Positions 8,621-18,247 of a stretch of DNA of 32,000 bases are shown one piece after another (the stretch's first letter is position 1; every line of letters begins with the position of its first letter). The position numbers and the translations under genes are program-made. Under the pieces are notes generated by a model. It worked only from the letters and a program-made list of their open reading frames with translations, was not told the DNA's origin and searched no databases. The DNA comes from Okeania sp. Lineage in GTDB: Bacteria; Cyanobacteriota; Cyanobacteriia; Cyanobacteriales; Microcoleaceae. Where the stretch lies: assembly GCF_035285525.1 (NCBI RefSeq), contig NZ_JAYKGW010000129.1, positions 1 to 32,000 on the forward strand, written 5' to 3'.

Positions 8621-8700
8621 TAAACATTAACAAGAAAGGGGCGAATACCATTTCGCTGCGCGACATGAAACGCCCCTACAGATGGTGTATTATTTCAGTT

Positions 8701-8733
8701 GTAGGTTGGGTTTCGTTCCTCAACCCAACCTAC
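8701..8733. terminator. Hairpin between convergent genes
   Basis: GTAGGTTGGGTT at 8701-8712 pairs with AACCCAACCTAC at 8722-8733. It lies between the Uma2 (+) and FHA-ABC (-) 3' ends. There is no clear U-tract. Confidence 0.4.
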
Positions 8734-8753
8734 GGCTGATAACTGATAACTGT

Positions 8754-11150
8754 TTATATAATGTCTTTTCGTTTCTGGAACCAAATAGTTATACCTAAAT
8801 AAATCAAGGAATGTAAACATAAAAACCCCCAACTTAAACCTAAATTTCCCCAATTAAGGTTATAAACATCTGAAGGTTCAAATGGTAATTGAACTATACT
8901 TCCATCTGGTAATTTAGTTGATTCTGGAACCATTTTATTCACATTGACTAAAGCCCCATAGGCAGCTACAGACCAACGACTTAACATTAGCCAAGAAAAT
9001 TTACTAGCTATACCTGTCATTTCAAATAATACACCAGAAAAAATAATTTGAGGCAACAATATTAAGGGTAAAGCACTATTAGCTTGAGAAGAATTTTTCA
9101 CAATTGAGGAAATCATTAATCCTAAACTAATACAACTCATTAAAGTTAAAAAAGTCGTAATACTCACCCCCATTCGCCATGAAATTAATTCTGGATCAGG
9201 ACTTTCAAATCCCAAGAGAATTACTAACACTATTAATGCAGTTTGGAGAATAGCTAATAATCCTAAAACTACTACTTTTGAACCTAGATAAGCAAATAAT
9301 CCTAAATTCACCAATCTTTCTCGAATATAAATAGCTGATTCTTTCACTATTTCTTGTAGAGAACTCGACAGACCCACCCATAAACAAGCACAAGTAAATA
9401 CAAATAATACTCGTAAAGCTAAAGGAGCTGAAGTAGGTTCGGGGTCGCCAATTATTACGAGTGGATTTTTATCTCTAACTGCCAATAAAATTAAACCAAT
9501 ACCAATCGGAGCAGTTAATAATGCTAAACCTAAATTAATTAAGTCACGGGAAATTAATTTCAAATATCTTTCTATGAGAATAAATATTTGTTGTGCAAAA
9601 GAAGGGGGTTGTTTTTTCGGAGGTGATTGAGTCGTATGTTGAGAATTATCAGGACTAAAATAATTGGAAATATACCGCCGATAATATTCTGATTGACGAA
9701 AATTATTTACCCATTCATTAATATTTTCATCAGTGGTTTCTAGTTCATTATAAATATCAGCAAACTCACCAGTATTTAGATAGAAAAAATTTAGAGCTTC
9801 TCTGGGAGAACCAAAATAACATAAACGTCCTCCTCTACCTAAAAAGACTATGCGATCGCAAATTTTAATATTAGCTGTGGCATGGGTAACTAAAATAATA
9901 GTTCGACCTTGATTTGCCAACTTTCTTAATAGTTGCATCATTTTTTTATCTAATCCTGGGTCGAGTCCAGATGTAGGTTCATCTAAGAAAAATAATTTCG
10001 GATCGGCTAATAATTCTACCCCAATACTTACCCTTTTTCTTTGCCCTCCACTCAACTGACTAACTAATACATTTTTCCTCTCTGCCATTTCTATTTGTTC
10101 GAGAGTTTTTGCAATTATTTCTGGAACATTAATATCTGGAGGTAAACGTAATTTTGCCGCATAAGTTAACACCTCTGATACTGTTAGTTCGGAATGAATA
10201 ATATCATCTTGAGGAACATAACCTATTTGCGTCCGATAAAGATTAAAATTATTCCTTAAATCTTCACCATTAATATAAACTTTCCCCTTAGTTGTAGGGT
10301 CTATTCCTAATAATGTTCGCATCAAAGTTGACTTCCCAGTACCACTTCCTCCGACTAAAGCAACAAACTGTCCTGGTTCGATGGGGAAAGAAATATCATT
10401 CAACAACACTCGTGTTTTCCCCCGTTGGTCTCTGACTATTCTGTAAAGGCGATCAGCATCAAGACGAATTTGATTTCCGGGGTCGAAAACTTCCAGAGTA
10501 TCGCCATAACGAATCAAGGTAAAAGGTCCGATTTTAATTACCGCTCCGTCAGTGACAATAATACTATTTTTAACCTGTACTTTATTGACAAAAACACCAT
10601 TGGTGCTATGATCGCGCAGAATGTAATCACCCCGACCATTAGGTTCAATAGTAGCATGATGACGGGAAACACTGGGAGCATCTAATTGTAGATTGGCATC
10701 AGGATCGCGACCGATTACCACTGACCGAGTTTGCAAAGATATGGAACGGGTGGTTGGCAAAGATGCCTTAGTTATGAGATTTTTGGGTTCAAAGTATTTG
10801 AGAATAACATGGTTTTGGGGGTCGAGACCGATTTTTATTTCTATGCCATGTTGGAGAGCGTAACCTTGAGATGAACTAATCCGGGTACGGTCGATAAATA
10901 ATCCATTAGTGCTAGGTTGACGACCGTCACCATCATAAATATAGTAGCGATTGTTTTCTTGGCGAATGGCGGCCTGACAACCAGAGACGACTAACCAATC
11001 TGAAGGTACTACTATGTCTGCACGGAGGCGATCGCGCCCTAATCTATGACGTTTTTGTGTCAGTTCAAGAGTAATGGTTTGGCCTTGATTATTTAATTCT
11101 ATATAGGGATTATTGAATAATAGGGTAGCTTGCCCTGTTTTGTTAGTCAT
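8754..11150 (-). CDS. FHA-FHA-ABC transporter, ATP-binding and ABC-2 permease fused (paralog 1)
   Basis: FHA1 reads LGRDR..VSGCQAAI..STNGLFI and FHA2 reads IGRD..VSRHHATI..HSTNGVFVN. The NBD has Walker A GGSGTGKST, Q-loop GYVPQDD, signature LSGGQRKR, Walker B LFFLDEPTSGLD and H-loop VTHA. About six hydrophobic helices follow at the C-terminus. Confidence 0.9.
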   Translation of the reverse strand: MTNKTGQATLLFNNPYIELNNQGQTITLELTQKRHRLGRDRLRADIVVPSDWLVVSGCQAAIRQENNRYYIYDGDGRQPSTNGLFIDRTRISSSQGYALQHGIEIKIGLDPQNHVILKYFEPKNLITKASLPTTRSISLQTRSVVIGRDPDANLQLDAPSVSRHHATIEPNGRGDYILRDHSTNGVFVNKVQVKNSIIVTDGAVIKIGPFTLIRYGDTLEVFDPGNQIRLDADRLYRIVRDQRGKTRVLLNDISFPIEPGQFVALVGGSGTGKSTLMRTLLGIDPTTKGKVYINGEDLRNNFNLYRTQIGYVPQDDIIHSELTVSEVLTYAAKLRLPPDINVPEIIAKTLEQIEMAERKNVLVSQLSGGQRKRVSIGVELLADPKLFFLDEPTSGLDPGLDKKMMQLLRKLANQGRTIILVTHATANIKICDRIVFLGRGGRLCYFGSPREALNFFYLNTGEFADIYNELETTDENINEWVNNFRQSEYYRRYISNYFSPDNSQHTTQSPPKKQPPSFAQQIFILIERYLKLISRDLINLGLALLTAPIGIGLILLAVRDKNPLVIIGDPEPTSAPLALRVLFVFTCACLWVGLSSSLQEIVKESAIYIRERLVNLGLFAYLGSKVVVLGLLAILQTALIVLVILLGFESPDPELISWRMGVSITTFLTLMSCISLGLMISSIVKNSSQANSALPLILLPQIIFSGVLFEMTGIASKFSWLMLSRWSVAAYGALVNVNKMVPESTKLPDGSIVQLPFEPSDVYNLNWGNLGLSWGFLCLHSLIYLGITIWFQKRKDII

Positions 11151-11179
11151 AAATGGATAATGGATAATTAATAATTACA

Positions 11180-11246
11180 AGACTTACGCAGGCGAACCCA
11201 GAAACCCGGTTTCTACGAGAAACCGGGTTTCTTTGCGTAAGTTCTG
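11180..11246. mobile_element. Short MITE copy (AGGACTTACGCA-family termini)
   Basis: Termini are GACTTACGCA (11181-11190) and TGCGTAAGTTC (11234-11244). The inner perfect hairpin is GAAACCCGGTTTC / GAAACCGGGTTTC. Confidence 0.65.
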
Positions 11247-11308
11247 AATTAAATATACAACATATTTCGGACAAATGAGGTAGCATTAATGGTAAAATTA
11301 TTATATTG

Positions 11309-11837
11309 TCGTGTCAAGCTATTGGTAGGGTGAGTTACGCTACCGCTAACGCACCGAAACTCCATATATATTACCTTTTCGTAAATCCCGATTGGGAATT
11401 AGGTATAAACGCTGTTGGTAGGGTGTGTTTCGCTACGCGACATGTAAAGCGGTAGCATAACGCACTAAAGCACCATATATAGCACCTTTCCATAAGTCCC
11501 GATTTTGTCATGTCAAGCTTGAAAATGTGAGGCGAAAAACCTAACCCCCCAACCCCCGGAGAAAAACTCCCCTCTCCTCCCACTTGATATAGAATCCGGT
11601 TGAATAGTTATTGTATGGTAGGGAGACACACCAGAGGGGGAGACACACCAGACGCGGAGATTGTAGTGTAGACAGAATTATGAAGATATACTATATAACC
11701 GGATTCTATATGAAAATGTGAGGCGCAAAAACCTAACCCCCCTGCTAGGGAAGGGGGAGAAAAACTCCCCTCTCCTGGGGGGAGATATGTTCGGTGGTTG
11801 CTTGCTCCTAAGCCACCATTTTAAGTCTTGACACGGC
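11309..11837. repeat. Composite of nested dispersed repeats between the two ABC paralogs
   Basis: GTCGTGTCAAGCT (11309) and GTCATGTCAAGCT (11507) face the inverted AGTCTTGACACGG (11824). There are two tandem units of about 85 bp (11321-11400 and 11415-11505). A direct repeat of about 60 bp, GAAAATGTGAGGCG.AAAAACCTAACCCCC...GAGAAAAACTCCCCTCTCCT, occurs at 11521-11578 and 11712-11776. It flanks a 125-bp segment bounded by a 15-bp inverted repeat (11587-11601 / 11697-11711). Confidence 0.6.
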
Positions 11838-11902
11838 ATTACCCTAGTACGTTACGGCTATTAATTCTATAATTTTCATTATTAATTGTTAATTATTAAT
11901 TA

Positions 11903-14284
11903 TTATATAATATCTTTCTGTTTTTGAAACCAAATAGTTAAACCCAAATAAATCAGAGAATGTAAACATAAAACCCCCCAACTTAAACCTAAATTTTCCC
12001 AGTCAAGATTATAAACATCTGAACCTTCAAATGGTAAAAGAATGATACTCCCATCTGGTAATTCAGTTGCTTCTGGCACCATTTTATTCACATTTACCAG
12101 TGAACCATAAGCAGCTACAGACCAACGACTTAACATTAGCCAAGAAAATTTACTAGCTATACCTTTCATTTCAAATAAAACACCAGAAAAAATAATTTGA
12201 GGCACTAATATTAAGGGTAAAACAATATTAACTTGAGAAGCATTTTTAAAATAAGAAGAAATCATTAATCCTAGACTAATACAACTTATTAAAGTTAAAA
12301 AAGTCGTAATAGCTAACCCTATTGGCCATGCAATTAATTCTGGTTCCGGATTCTCAAATCCTAAGGTAATTACTAATACTATTAATGCAGTTTGAATAAT
12401 TGCTAATAATCCCAAAACTACTACTTTTGAACCTAGATAAGCAAATAATCCTAAATTTACTAATCTTTCCCGAATATAAATAGCTGATTCTTTGACTATT
12501 TCCTGTGCTGAACTGGAAAGACCAACCCATAAAAAAGAACAAGTAAATACAAATAATACTTTCAAAGCTAAAGGAGCTAAATCTGCTTCGGGGTCTCCAA
12601 TTAATGGGTTTTCATCTATAACTGCCCAGAAAACTAATAAAATACTAATGGGAGCAATTGATAAAGCAAAACCTAAATTAATTCGGTCTTGACACATTAA
12701 TTTAAAATATCGTTGAATTAAAATAATTAGTTGTTGCCAAAAATAAGGTGGTTGGGTTTTGGGTGGTGATTTAGTAATAGGTGGAGAATTATTAATACTT
12801 AGATGATTGGAAATATAGCGCTGATAATATATTGATTGATGAAACTTATTTACCCATTGGTCTATCTCTGCATCCCTGGTGTCTAGTTGTTCGTAAATAT
12901 CGGTAAAGTTACCAGTATTTACAGAGAAAAAATCGAGAGCGTCTTGGGGAGAACCAAAGTAACATAAACGTCCTCCTCTAGCTAAAAAGACTACGCGATC
13001 ACAAATTTTAATATTAGCTGTGGCATGGGTAACTAAAATAATTGTTCGACCTTGTTCTGCTAACTTTTCTAATAGTTTCATCATTCTTTTGTCTAACAAT
13101 GGGTCGAGTCCAGATGTGGGTTCATCTAAGAAAAATAATTTCGGGTCTGCTAATAATTCTACCCCAATACTTACCCTTTTTCTTTGCCCTCCACTTAACT
13201 TACTAACTAATACATTTTTCCACTGTTTCATGTCTATTTGTTCGAGGGTTTTTTCGACTACTTCCGGAACATTAATATCTGCAGGCAAACGCAATTTTGC
13301 CGCATAACTTAACACCTCTGATACTGTTAGTTCGGCATGAATAACATCATCTTGAGGAACATAACCTATTTGAGTCCGATAAATATTAAAATTATTTCTT
13401 AAATCTTCACCATTAAGATAAACTGTCCCTGCAGTTGTTGGATTTATTCCTAATAATGTTCGCATTAAAGTAGACTTCCCAGCGCCACTTCCTCCCACTA
13501 AAGCAACTAACTGCCCTGGTTCGATCGCGAAAGAAAGATCGTTAAGTATAACTTTTGTTTTTCCAGCTTTCTCTCTGACTTCTTTGTAGAGGCGATCAGC
13601 ATCAAGACGAATTTGATTGCCATTATCAAATACTTCCAAATTATCCCCACGACGAATCAGAGTAAAAGGTCCGATTTTAATTACTGCTCCGTCCTTGACA
13701 ACAATAGTACTTTTAACCCGTACCTTATTGACAAAAACACCATTGCTACTATGATCGCGTAAAATGTAGTCACCCCGACCATTGGGTTCAATGGTAGCAT
13801 GATGACGGGAAACAGTGGGAGCGTCTAATTCTAAAGTAGCATTATGACTGCGACCAATTAACACTCGATGTTGCAAAGAGATAGAGCTGGTTTTTGGCAA
13901 AGATGGTGAAGCTACAGGATTATTTGGTTCAAAGTATTTCAACAAGACTTGATTTTTGGGATCGAGACCGATTTTCATTTCTATGGCATTTTCCAGAGGG
14001 TGTCCTTCAGATGGGGTAATGCGGGTACGGTCGATGAATAGTCCATTAGCACTGGGTTGATTACCATTACCATCATAAATATGGTAGCGATCGCCTATTT
14101 TCTGGATGGTAGCATGACAACCAGATATGACTAACCAATCTGAAGGTGCTACTAGATCGGCACGGTTGCGATCGCGTCCTAATCTATGATGCTCTTGTGT
14201 GAGTTGGAAAGTGATAGTATGGTTTTGATTGGTTAATTCAATATAGGGATTTAAAAGGATAGTTTGGCTGGTTTTGTTAGTCAT
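11903..14284 (-). CDS. FHA-FHA-ABC transporter, ATP-binding and ABC-2 permease fused (paralog 2)
   Basis: The layout matches 8754..11150. FHA1 has ISGCHATI / SANGLFI and FHA2 has VSRHHATI / HSSNGVFVN. The NBD has Walker A GGSGAGKST, LSGGQRKR, LFFLDEPTSGLD and VTHA. It is roughly 75-85% identical to paralog 1 by eye. Confidence 0.9.
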   Translation of the reverse strand: MTNKTSQTILLNPYIELTNQNHTITFQLTQEHHRLGRDRNRADLVAPSDWLVISGCHATIQKIGDRYHIYDGNGNQPSANGLFIDRTRITPSEGHPLENAIEMKIGLDPKNQVLLKYFEPNNPVASPSLPKTSSISLQHRVLIGRSHNATLELDAPTVSRHHATIEPNGRGDYILRDHSSNGVFVNKVRVKSTIVVKDGAVIKIGPFTLIRRGDNLEVFDNGNQIRLDADRLYKEVREKAGKTKVILNDLSFAIEPGQLVALVGGSGAGKSTLMRTLLGINPTTAGTVYLNGEDLRNNFNIYRTQIGYVPQDDVIHAELTVSEVLSYAAKLRLPADINVPEVVEKTLEQIDMKQWKNVLVSKLSGGQRKRVSIGVELLADPKLFFLDEPTSGLDPLLDKRMMKLLEKLAEQGRTIILVTHATANIKICDRVVFLARGGRLCYFGSPQDALDFFSVNTGNFTDIYEQLDTRDAEIDQWVNKFHQSIYYQRYISNHLSINNSPPITKSPPKTQPPYFWQQLIILIQRYFKLMCQDRINLGFALSIAPISILLVFWAVIDENPLIGDPEADLAPLALKVLFVFTCSFLWVGLSSSAQEIVKESAIYIRERLVNLGLFAYLGSKVVVLGLLAIIQTALIVLVITLGFENPEPELIAWPIGLAITTFLTLISCISLGLMISSYFKNASQVNIVLPLILVPQIIFSGVLFEMKGIASKFSWLMLSRWSVAAYGSLVNVNKMVPEATELPDGSIILLPFEGSDVYNLDWENLGLSWGVLCLHSLIYLGLTIWFQKQKDII

Positions 14285-14517
14285 AATTTAGATTTTAGAT
14301 TTTTGGGTACAGATTGACAGAAACTATTTACAGCAGATTTCATGCACAATATAACTATAAACAGGAAGACCTTGCCAGATCGAGCAGGGTTTAAATAAAC
14401 CTTTGCAATACAGACATCTTGTTTGTGATATCTGTACCACACCCTGGATGAAATCTGTTGTATATTTAATCATAAGTAGGTAAACTTTTTTAGTTTAACC
14501 AACTATTTATTATTTGT

Positions 14518-14619
14518 AGGACTTACAGGAGAGGAACCTGGTTTCTAGGATCAATAGTTGTTTTAAGCAGTAATAATCTACCCTCGTCTCTGGTTTCTGG
14601 GTTCATCTGTGTAAGTCCT
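14518..14619. mobile_element. MITE copy (diverged), AGGACTTAC... termini
   Basis: AGGACTTACAGG at 14518 faces CTGTGTAAGTCCT ending at 14619. It has the internal CCTGGTTTCT / TGGTTTCTGGGTTC motifs of the family. Confidence 0.6.
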
Positions 14620-14789
14620 GATTTGAACAATAGCAAAAACCAAATATTATTTTTTTACCACAGAAAAAATAATTGGAAATCCAGAGAATTATTGTAAGCA
14701 TTTAGCTGTCAGCTATTAGCTATCAGTTATTAACTCATTATTACACCAAAGGAAGAATTAGTCTAAAGCGCGAGAATTAAAAATTATTC

Positions 14790-14892
14790 AGGACTTACGC
14801 AGAAACTGGGTTGATCGACAAAATATCGTGGTTTGAACTGAACCCAGAAACCCGGTTGATACGCTCGTACCGGGTTTATTTGCGTAAGTCCT
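14790..14892. mobile_element. MITE copy (best preserved, 103 bp)
   Basis: AGGACTTACGCA at 14790-14801 faces TGCGTAAGTCCT at 14881-14892, a perfect 12-bp terminal inverted repeat. The interior carries CAGAAACCCGGTT and ACCGGGTTT. Confidence 0.75.
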
Positions 14893-14942
14893 AATAGTGC
14901 TTCAAACTGTAGCGCAATAGTTTTTTGACTCTGTAGCAGCTT

Positions 14943-14954
14943 TGCGTAAGTCCT
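14943..14954. mobile_element. Solo MITE terminus
   Basis: TGCGTAAGTCCT is present with no matching left end within 50 bp. Confidence 0.4.
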
Positions 14955-15056
14955 GTTATTAATAAGATTGGTCAGGTCATCAGCTAACCTTAAGTCGTTG
15001 CTTGTGTCAGTTAAAAAAAGCTGATAGCTGAATGGTTACGAATTATTAAATTATGC

Positions 15057-15147
15057 AGGATTTACGCAAAAACTGGGTGTATCAAGGAAACTTTGTGGTT
15101 TAAATAACAATAATCAAGGCAAGAAACCAGGTTTCTTTGCATAATCT
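15057..15147. mobile_element. MITE copy (degenerate)
   Basis: AGGATTTACGCA at 15057 faces TGCATAATCT ending at 15147. The interior AAACTGGGT...GTGGTTTAAA...AGAAACCAGGTTTCT parallels 14790-14892. Confidence 0.55.
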
Positions 15148-15238
15148 ATAATCAAGTTAAATATATGATATTATGTGTTTGGCTTCGGGTTTCTCAACCC
15201 CACCTAAATTTACTGAATTTATACCACAATAATTTCTG

Positions 15239-16564
15239 ATGAAACTAATACAAAATAAACTATCAATAACTACCTTCTTTATTTCCTTATTTTTAATTGG
15301 ATGTCAATCTTCTGAACCGGAAATAACATTTCCCAGTCCAGAAATAACTCCCTCTCCACAAACATCAATTGAAGTTCCTGAAAAACCTTTAATATTACCT
15401 ACAAATAATCCAGAAAAAATAGCTGATACTCCCATACAAACATATCTTAATAGATTAACAAATCAAGGATTTTCTGAACAAAATCAAGGAATATGGATAC
15501 AATCAAATGATACTTTATTAGCAAATTATCAAGGTACAATTCCTTTACCCGCAGCATCTATTACTAAAGTGGCAACTTCTTTAGTTGCTTTAAAAACTTT
15601 TAATCCTGACCATCAATTTATTACCTTAATTTCTATAACTGGAAAAATTGAAAATGGAGTCTTAAATGGGGATTTAATTATTCAAGGAGGAGAAGATCCA
15701 TTTTTTGTTTGGGAAGAAGCGATCGCTATTGGCAATTTATTAAATAAAAAGGGGATTCAAAGAGTTACTGGAAATCTAATTATTGCTGGTAAATTTTATA
15801 TGAATTTTCAGTCGAATCCTCAAACTGCTGGTAATTTATTTAAAGAAGGAATTAATAGTCAAATTTGGTCGGGAGAAGCTTTAACTCAATATCAAACTTT
15901 ACCTCCAGAAACACCAAAACCTGAAGTAATAATTGATGGAGTTGTCGAAGTTTCTCCTACTCCTCCAGAAAATCTCAAACAATTAGTTGAACATTATTCT
16001 TTTCCCCTAGCCGAACTTATCAAAAAAATGAATCAATATAGTAATAATTTAATGGCAGAGATGTTAGCTGAAGCTGTGGGAGGTCCGCAAATAGTTGCCG
16101 AAAAAGCTGCTGAATTTTCAGGAGTAACAAAAGAGGAAATTCAATTAATTAATGGTTCTGGTTTAGGAGAAGAAAATCGAATTTCTCCTCGTGCTGCTGT
16201 GGGAATGTTTTTAGCAATTAATAATTATCTTCAGCAATACAATATGAGTGTGGCAGATGTGTTTGCTGTAGTTGGTGAAGATAAAGGTATTTTAAATGAA
16301 CGGAAACTACTGCCAAATTTTCTAGTAGTAAAGTCTGGAACTTTAAATTATGTTAGTGCTTTAGGAGGTGCTTTACCAACAAAAGAAAAGGGAATTATTT
16401 GGTTTGCTATTCTGAATAAAGGAGCTAATGTAGATCAATTAAGAAGTCAACAAGAAATTTTACTTCAAGATGTGTTGAACAAGTGGGGTACGGTTGAATC
16501 ATTGCCATCAGAATTAACTGCTAATCCCGCTCGGAAATCTAAAAAATCAGGGAACAGGGAGTAA
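15239..16564 (+). CDS. dacB: D-alanyl-D-alanine carboxypeptidase/endopeptidase, PBP4 / peptidase S13 family, lipoprotein
   Basis: The lipobox is LFLIGC. The three penicillin-binding motifs are SITK (SxxK), YSNN (SxN) and KSG (KTG-like). Confidence 0.85.
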   Translation: MKLIQNKLSITTFFISLFLIGCQSSEPEITFPSPEITPSPQTSIEVPEKPLILPTNNPEKIADTPIQTYLNRLTNQGFSEQNQGIWIQSNDTLLANYQGTIPLPAASITKVATSLVALKTFNPDHQFITLISITGKIENGVLNGDLIIQGGEDPFFVWEEAIAIGNLLNKKGIQRVTGNLIIAGKFYMNFQSNPQTAGNLFKEGINSQIWSGEALTQYQTLPPETPKPEVIIDGVVEVSPTPPENLKQLVEHYSFPLAELIKKMNQYSNNLMAEMLAEAVGGPQIVAEKAAEFSGVTKEEIQLINGSGLGEENRISPRAAVGMFLAINNYLQQYNMSVADVFAVVGEDKGILNERKLLPNFLVVKSGTLNYVSALGGALPTKEKGIIWFAILNKGANVDQLRSQQEILLQDVLNKWGTVESLPSELTANPARKSKKSGNRE

Positions 16565-16618
16565 GGAGTAGGGAAGGAAGAGGGAAGAGGGAAAATACAA
16601 AGATTTTTATTAAAATGC

Positions 16619-16672
16619 AGGACTTACGCAAATAAACCTGGTTTCTTTAAGAAACCGGGTTTATGGATTCCT
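16619..16672. mobile_element. Short MITE copy between convergent genes
   Basis: AGGACTTACGCA lies at 16619-16630. The inner hairpin is AAACCTGGTTTCTTTAAGAAACCGGGTTT and the right end is degenerate. Confidence 0.55.
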
Positions 16673-16750
16673 TGTGTAGAAATAACCAATTATTTTCCCC
16701 GACTCTGTAGGGACGTTGTATGGAACTTATAATCTGTTTTCTCTGATAAA

Positions 16751-17452
16751 TTAACTACTTATAGGTGCAGCAGAAACAATTTTTCGTGCCATAGTTGAAA
16801 GAGGTAAACTTTGTATATAAACTAAACCAGGACCTGTTAATTTAGTTAAAAATAAACCCTCTCCACCAAAGACAATATTTTTCAAATTACCCATCATTTC
16901 AATATCATATTTAATAGACTTAGAAAAACCAACAACTGCACCAGTCTCTACTCGTAATTCTTCCCCTACAGCTAATTTTTTTTCTATAATTGTACCGCCA
17001 GCATGAACAAAAGCTAATCCATTTCCCTGTAATTTTTGCAGAATAAAACCTTCTCCCCCAAAGAAACCAGCACCTATCTTTTTAGTAAAAGCAATTTCAA
17101 TATCAATACCATTAGCAGCACAAAGAAAAGAACTAGATTGACATAAAAACTCTCCACCTAATTCTGTTAAATTTAAAGTAATAATTTGCCCTGGATAAGG
17201 AGCAGCAAAAGCAACTTTAGCTTTACCTTTACCTCGATTAAAAAAAGTAGTAATCATAAAACTTTCCCCAGTCAACATTCGCTTAAAACCTTTCCAAGCA
17301 CCCCCACCAGTAGTAGTTTGCATTTCAATGTCTTGTTCCATATAGGTCATTGCTCCTACTTCGGCTCGAACTCCTTCTTGAGGGTCAAGTTCAATTTCTA
17401 CTAATTGTAGAGATTCTCCTTTTATTTCATAGTCAATAATATCAACGGCCAT
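16751..17452 (-). CDS. TIGR00266 / AIM24 (DUF124) family protein
   Basis: The N-terminus YEIKGESLQLVEIELDPQEGVRAEVGAMTYME and repeated GGEGF/GGEGLF beta-rich units are typical of the family. Confidence 0.8.
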   Translation of the reverse strand: MAVDIIDYEIKGESLQLVEIELDPQEGVRAEVGAMTYMEQDIEMQTTTGGGAWKGFKRMLTGESFMITTFFNRGKGKAKVAFAAPYPGQIITLNLTELGGEFLCQSSSFLCAANGIDIEIAFTKKIGAGFFGGEGFILQKLQGNGLAFVHAGGTIIEKKLAVGEELRVETGAVVGFSKSIKYDIEMMGNLKNIVFGGEGLFLTKLTGPGLVYIQSLPLSTMARKIVSAAPISS

Positions 17453-18126
17453 AATACAACATAAATATCCTTAACATTGTTCAGATTCTAACATTATAAT
17501 GAATAATTGATAATAAAAATTATCTCTAATTATTAATTATTTATTTCACCCGATTTTGTGTTATTTTTTTGAGCAAAAAAAACATAAGGAACGGAAGGAT
17601 AAATTCGCCAATACTTGATAACTATAAAAACAAGTCAGAGCTTCCATAAAGCTATTGTTAAGCTATTAGAGATCGCTGCTCTATCGGAAATTAAGCGCAA
17701 TACTGTGCGAGGCAAACCCAATCCTGCGGGAATAGCTAAAAGTAATGACCAAGAGATGACATATTCATAAATTCCGTACTTGATTTTACCGAAGAATTAA
17801 TAATTAAATAATTCGCGCCTTGAAGCTTCCCCTTTAAAGGAGAAAAAGCGGTCGTCAGCGGAGCTTCCCGAAGGGTGAGATGGATGGGTTCCCTAACCAT
17901 ATCTAATCTCCCCTTGAGAAATAAATTTTTTCCTTTGATTTAATCCTCTTCCTTTTAGGGAGAGGTAATTATCAATTATCCATTATTGAACCATCCATCT
18001 AGGGAGAAATATTTTAACTAAGTAGATCAGTAATAAGTCTATTAATTGAATAATTAAGGCTACTTTAACATTTTTAGCTAGAGCGCTGAAGTTGAAATTT
18101 TCGGAATTTACTGATAGTGAGGTTTG

Positions 18127-18247
18127 AGTCATAAATGAAGAAGTAAGAAGGAAGAAGGAAGAAGTAAGAAGGAAGAAGGAAGAAGGAAGAAGGAAGAAGG
18201 AAGAAGGAAAATAGCTCCCCTACTCCCCTACTTTCCTACTCCCCTAC
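18127..18247. repeat. (GAAGGAA)n heptamer array followed by four copies of the octamer TCCCCTAC
   Basis: The heptamer run spans 18127-18209. The octamers span 18216-18247 and overlap the stop codon and last codons of the DUF1460 gene. Confidence 0.8.

Noticed and set aside
11371-11583. 70-aa minus-strand ORF between the ABC paralogs
   Set aside because: It lies entirely within the tandem and direct repeat units. Its G/P-rich translation comes from the CCTAACCCCC / GGGGAG repeat.
17736-17900. 54-aa minus-strand ORF (MVREPIHLTL...), which would extend to about 88 aa with one extra A in an A4 run, in the ORF-free 780-bp region 17453-18235
   Set aside because: It has no recognisable family motif and its sequence overlaps repeat-like GGAGCTTCCC segments. 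The frameshift repair is speculative. I also found no convincing ncRNA signature in this region.
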